Shown here in pieces: positions 62,181 through 64,000 of a stretch of 64,000 bases of DNA (position 1 is its first letter; every line of letters starts with the position of its first letter). The stretch covers positions 122,326,001-122,390,000 of the forward strand of contig NC_135886.1 of the NCBI RefSeq assembly GCF_964194155.1. Reading direction: 5' to 3'. A program made the translations under genes and the position numbers. The notes beneath the pieces were generated by a model, which was not told the origin of the DNA, ran no database searches, and was given only the letters and a program-made list of their open reading frames with translations. Source of the DNA: Cetorhinus maximus (Eukaryota).

Positions 62181-62633
62181 CAGCCTGGATGCTAAAACTG
62201 ATTAAAATCATGTTTACATGTTTGATCTGAGTGCCAAAATATGGCTTGGCATAGTTTAAGTTGTGACTACTTCGCTCTGTTCCACAGTTTATTTGCTGCA
62301 ACGTTTTGCTCCCGCGTTGTAGCAATGGAACAGGAATAGTGAGAAACGTCAGAAGTTATTTTGGTCACAATAGCATGACCTGATATGATTTTCATCATTG
62401 TGGCACATATACTTCAATAGGAGGTCGAATGTTGGACAATTTCGTTCAAGTGTACCTTTTAAAATGTCAGAATTAACACTGTGCTGTTCCCACTGCACTG
62501 CAGCATAAGGTGCAGCTAAAAGTTGGCACAAGTACGGACTGTACATGGGAGAACAATAACGTCAACCCCACCCTCTTCTAAATCATGGGACAGACTCTTA
62601 AAAAACATGAGTTCCTTTGCGCATGTAAGAGTA

Positions 62634-62652
62634 GTGTGCCATCTAGTGGCTG
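62634..62652 (-). promoter_or_regulatory. CTCF-like binding motif
   Basis: Minus strand cagCCACTAGATGGCAcac fits the CTCF core CCASYAGRKGGC; it lies in non-repetitive sequence. Confidence 0.5.
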
Positions 62653-62714
62653 TATTGTCAATAAACGCTGCTTTTTTAAAAACAAAAACCAAATTTTGAG
62701 TTTGTTCCTTCTCC

Positions 62715-63320
62715 TTCTTAGGCGACCCCTCTGGATCGAGAATGACTTGCTTCCACTCTGATTTTATGAGATCTAAGATGGCTGATAAGTCTAATGTGCA
62801 GGGCTGCAGACTCTGTCATTTGTGGGTCAGGTGGCACTTGAAGGGTCAGGTAAATGGGTCTTTTGGAGGTTAGTGCACGCCCTCCAATGCCTTGACTTCG
62901 CTTCTGCACATTCCCGACAAAGCCTGTCAGTGTGTTTGGTGCCTTCCCGAATGGAGCCTTCTCCATTTAGGTCGGTCACAAGCCAGCATCTCCCATGAGT
63001 TGGCAGCGATGTTTGACTTCTTTCAGGGTATCCTTAAAGCGCTTCCACTATCCTCCTCAGAGTCTTCTGCCGTGACTGGGTTCTGAGTAGAGCAGCTGCA
63101 TCGGGAATCTGCTGTCAGCCGTGTGAACGATGTGAACGATGCATCAGGAATCTGCTGTCAGCCGTGTGAACGATGTGTGCTGCCCAGTGGAGCTGGTTTT
63201 GAGTGATTAGTGCCTCAACGTTGGGAAGTTAGCTTGGGAAAGGGTGATGCTGTTGGACCATCTTTCTTGCCACCGGATTTGGAGTACCTTATGGAGACAC
63301 CACTGGTGGTACTTCTGCTG
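62715..63320 (-). mobile_element. RTE-clade LINE 3' fragment
   Basis: Homologous to 32930-33260; minus strand encodes KRFKDTLKEVK and has QNQLHWA-type RTE motifs. Confidence 0.8.
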
Positions 63321-63487
63321 GTTTATAAGCCTTATTAGTGGCTTATTTAATCTCTAACTCTTCACAAAAATTGTATCAACGCGTCTGAAAATGCTGTATA
63401 AAATTTTTTTTCAAAAGTCCTACCTCTTATCTGGTATGATCATGATCCAACCTGAGGTGGAGGTGACCAATGCCACATTCCCTCCTT

Positions 63488-63558
63488 AAAGGCCAATGAG
63501 CCTACAAGAAAGGCCAATGAGCCTACAGCAAAGGGGAATGAGCCTACAGGAAAGGCCC
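63488..63558. repeat. 21-bp tandem repeat, about 3.3 copies
   Basis: aaaggccaatgagcctacaag / aaaggccaatgagcctacagc / aaaggggaatgagcctacagg / aaaggcc. Confidence 0.85.
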
Positions 63559-63674
63559 CAGATGTTTTACTCGGGCCTCACAGCTGCTGGATGCTGGGCA
63601 GGGAAAGGAGAGTATTCATCTTCATATTAATGCATTTATATGTTAGATAGATCAACATATTCTTTTGCACTCAA

Positions 63675-64000
63675 ATGAACATAGGCACATAGGAGCAGGA
63701 GTAGACCATTTGGCCCCTCGAGCTTGCTCTGCCATTCAACTAGATCATAGCTGATCTTCTACTGCAATGCCATCTTCCTGCACTATCCCTGCATCCCTTG
63801 ATGTTATTAGTATCCAGAAACCTATCGACCTCTTCTCTGAACATACTCAGTGACTGAGCCTCCACAGCCCTCTGGGGTAGAGGATTTTAAAGATTCACCA
63901 TCTTCTGAGTGAAGAAATCCCTCCTCATCTCAGTCCAAAATGGCCTGCTCCTTATCCTGAGACTGTGTCTCCTAGTTCTAGACCACCCCCGCCCCAGCTA
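63675..64000 (-). mobile_element. CR1 3' tail (continues beyond the window)
   Basis: gaacataggcacataggagcaggagtagaccatttggcccctcgagcttgctctgccattcaa is similar to 9900-10200. Confidence 0.85.

Noticed and set aside
63488-63558. CRISPR-like short direct repeats
   Set aside because: Head-to-tail minisatellite without spacers, in eukaryotic DNA, with no cas genes.

Overview
Vertebrate genomic DNA, very likely from a cartilaginous fish (shark-type repeat landscape; the taxon is an inference). The only host gene I can support is TMEM164 on the minus strand. Its first coding exon is 30981-31328, lying in a CpG-enriched promoter-like region, and the next 50-bp exon is 1961-2010, separated by a 28,970-bp GT-AG intron. 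The rest of the gene lies left of the window. Most remaining sequence is decayed transposable elements: many CR1 fragments, one near-full-length CR1 (esterase ORF1 plus APE-RT ORF2), L2-type and RTE LINEs, an Ingi/Vingi-like endonuclease remnant, tRNA-derived and Deu-domain SINEs, two PIF/Harbinger transposase relics, a MITE, and two families of Penelope-like (GIY-YIG) elements. The most notable signal is that both Penelope families carry minimal hammerhead-ribozyme motifs. One family shows stem-II covariation and a non-canonical core in its best-preserved copies, and one copy is inserted as a ~380-bp fold-back with a 15-bp target duplication inside a Harbinger transposase. Repeat boundaries are approximate and family names come from recalled motifs, not database searches.
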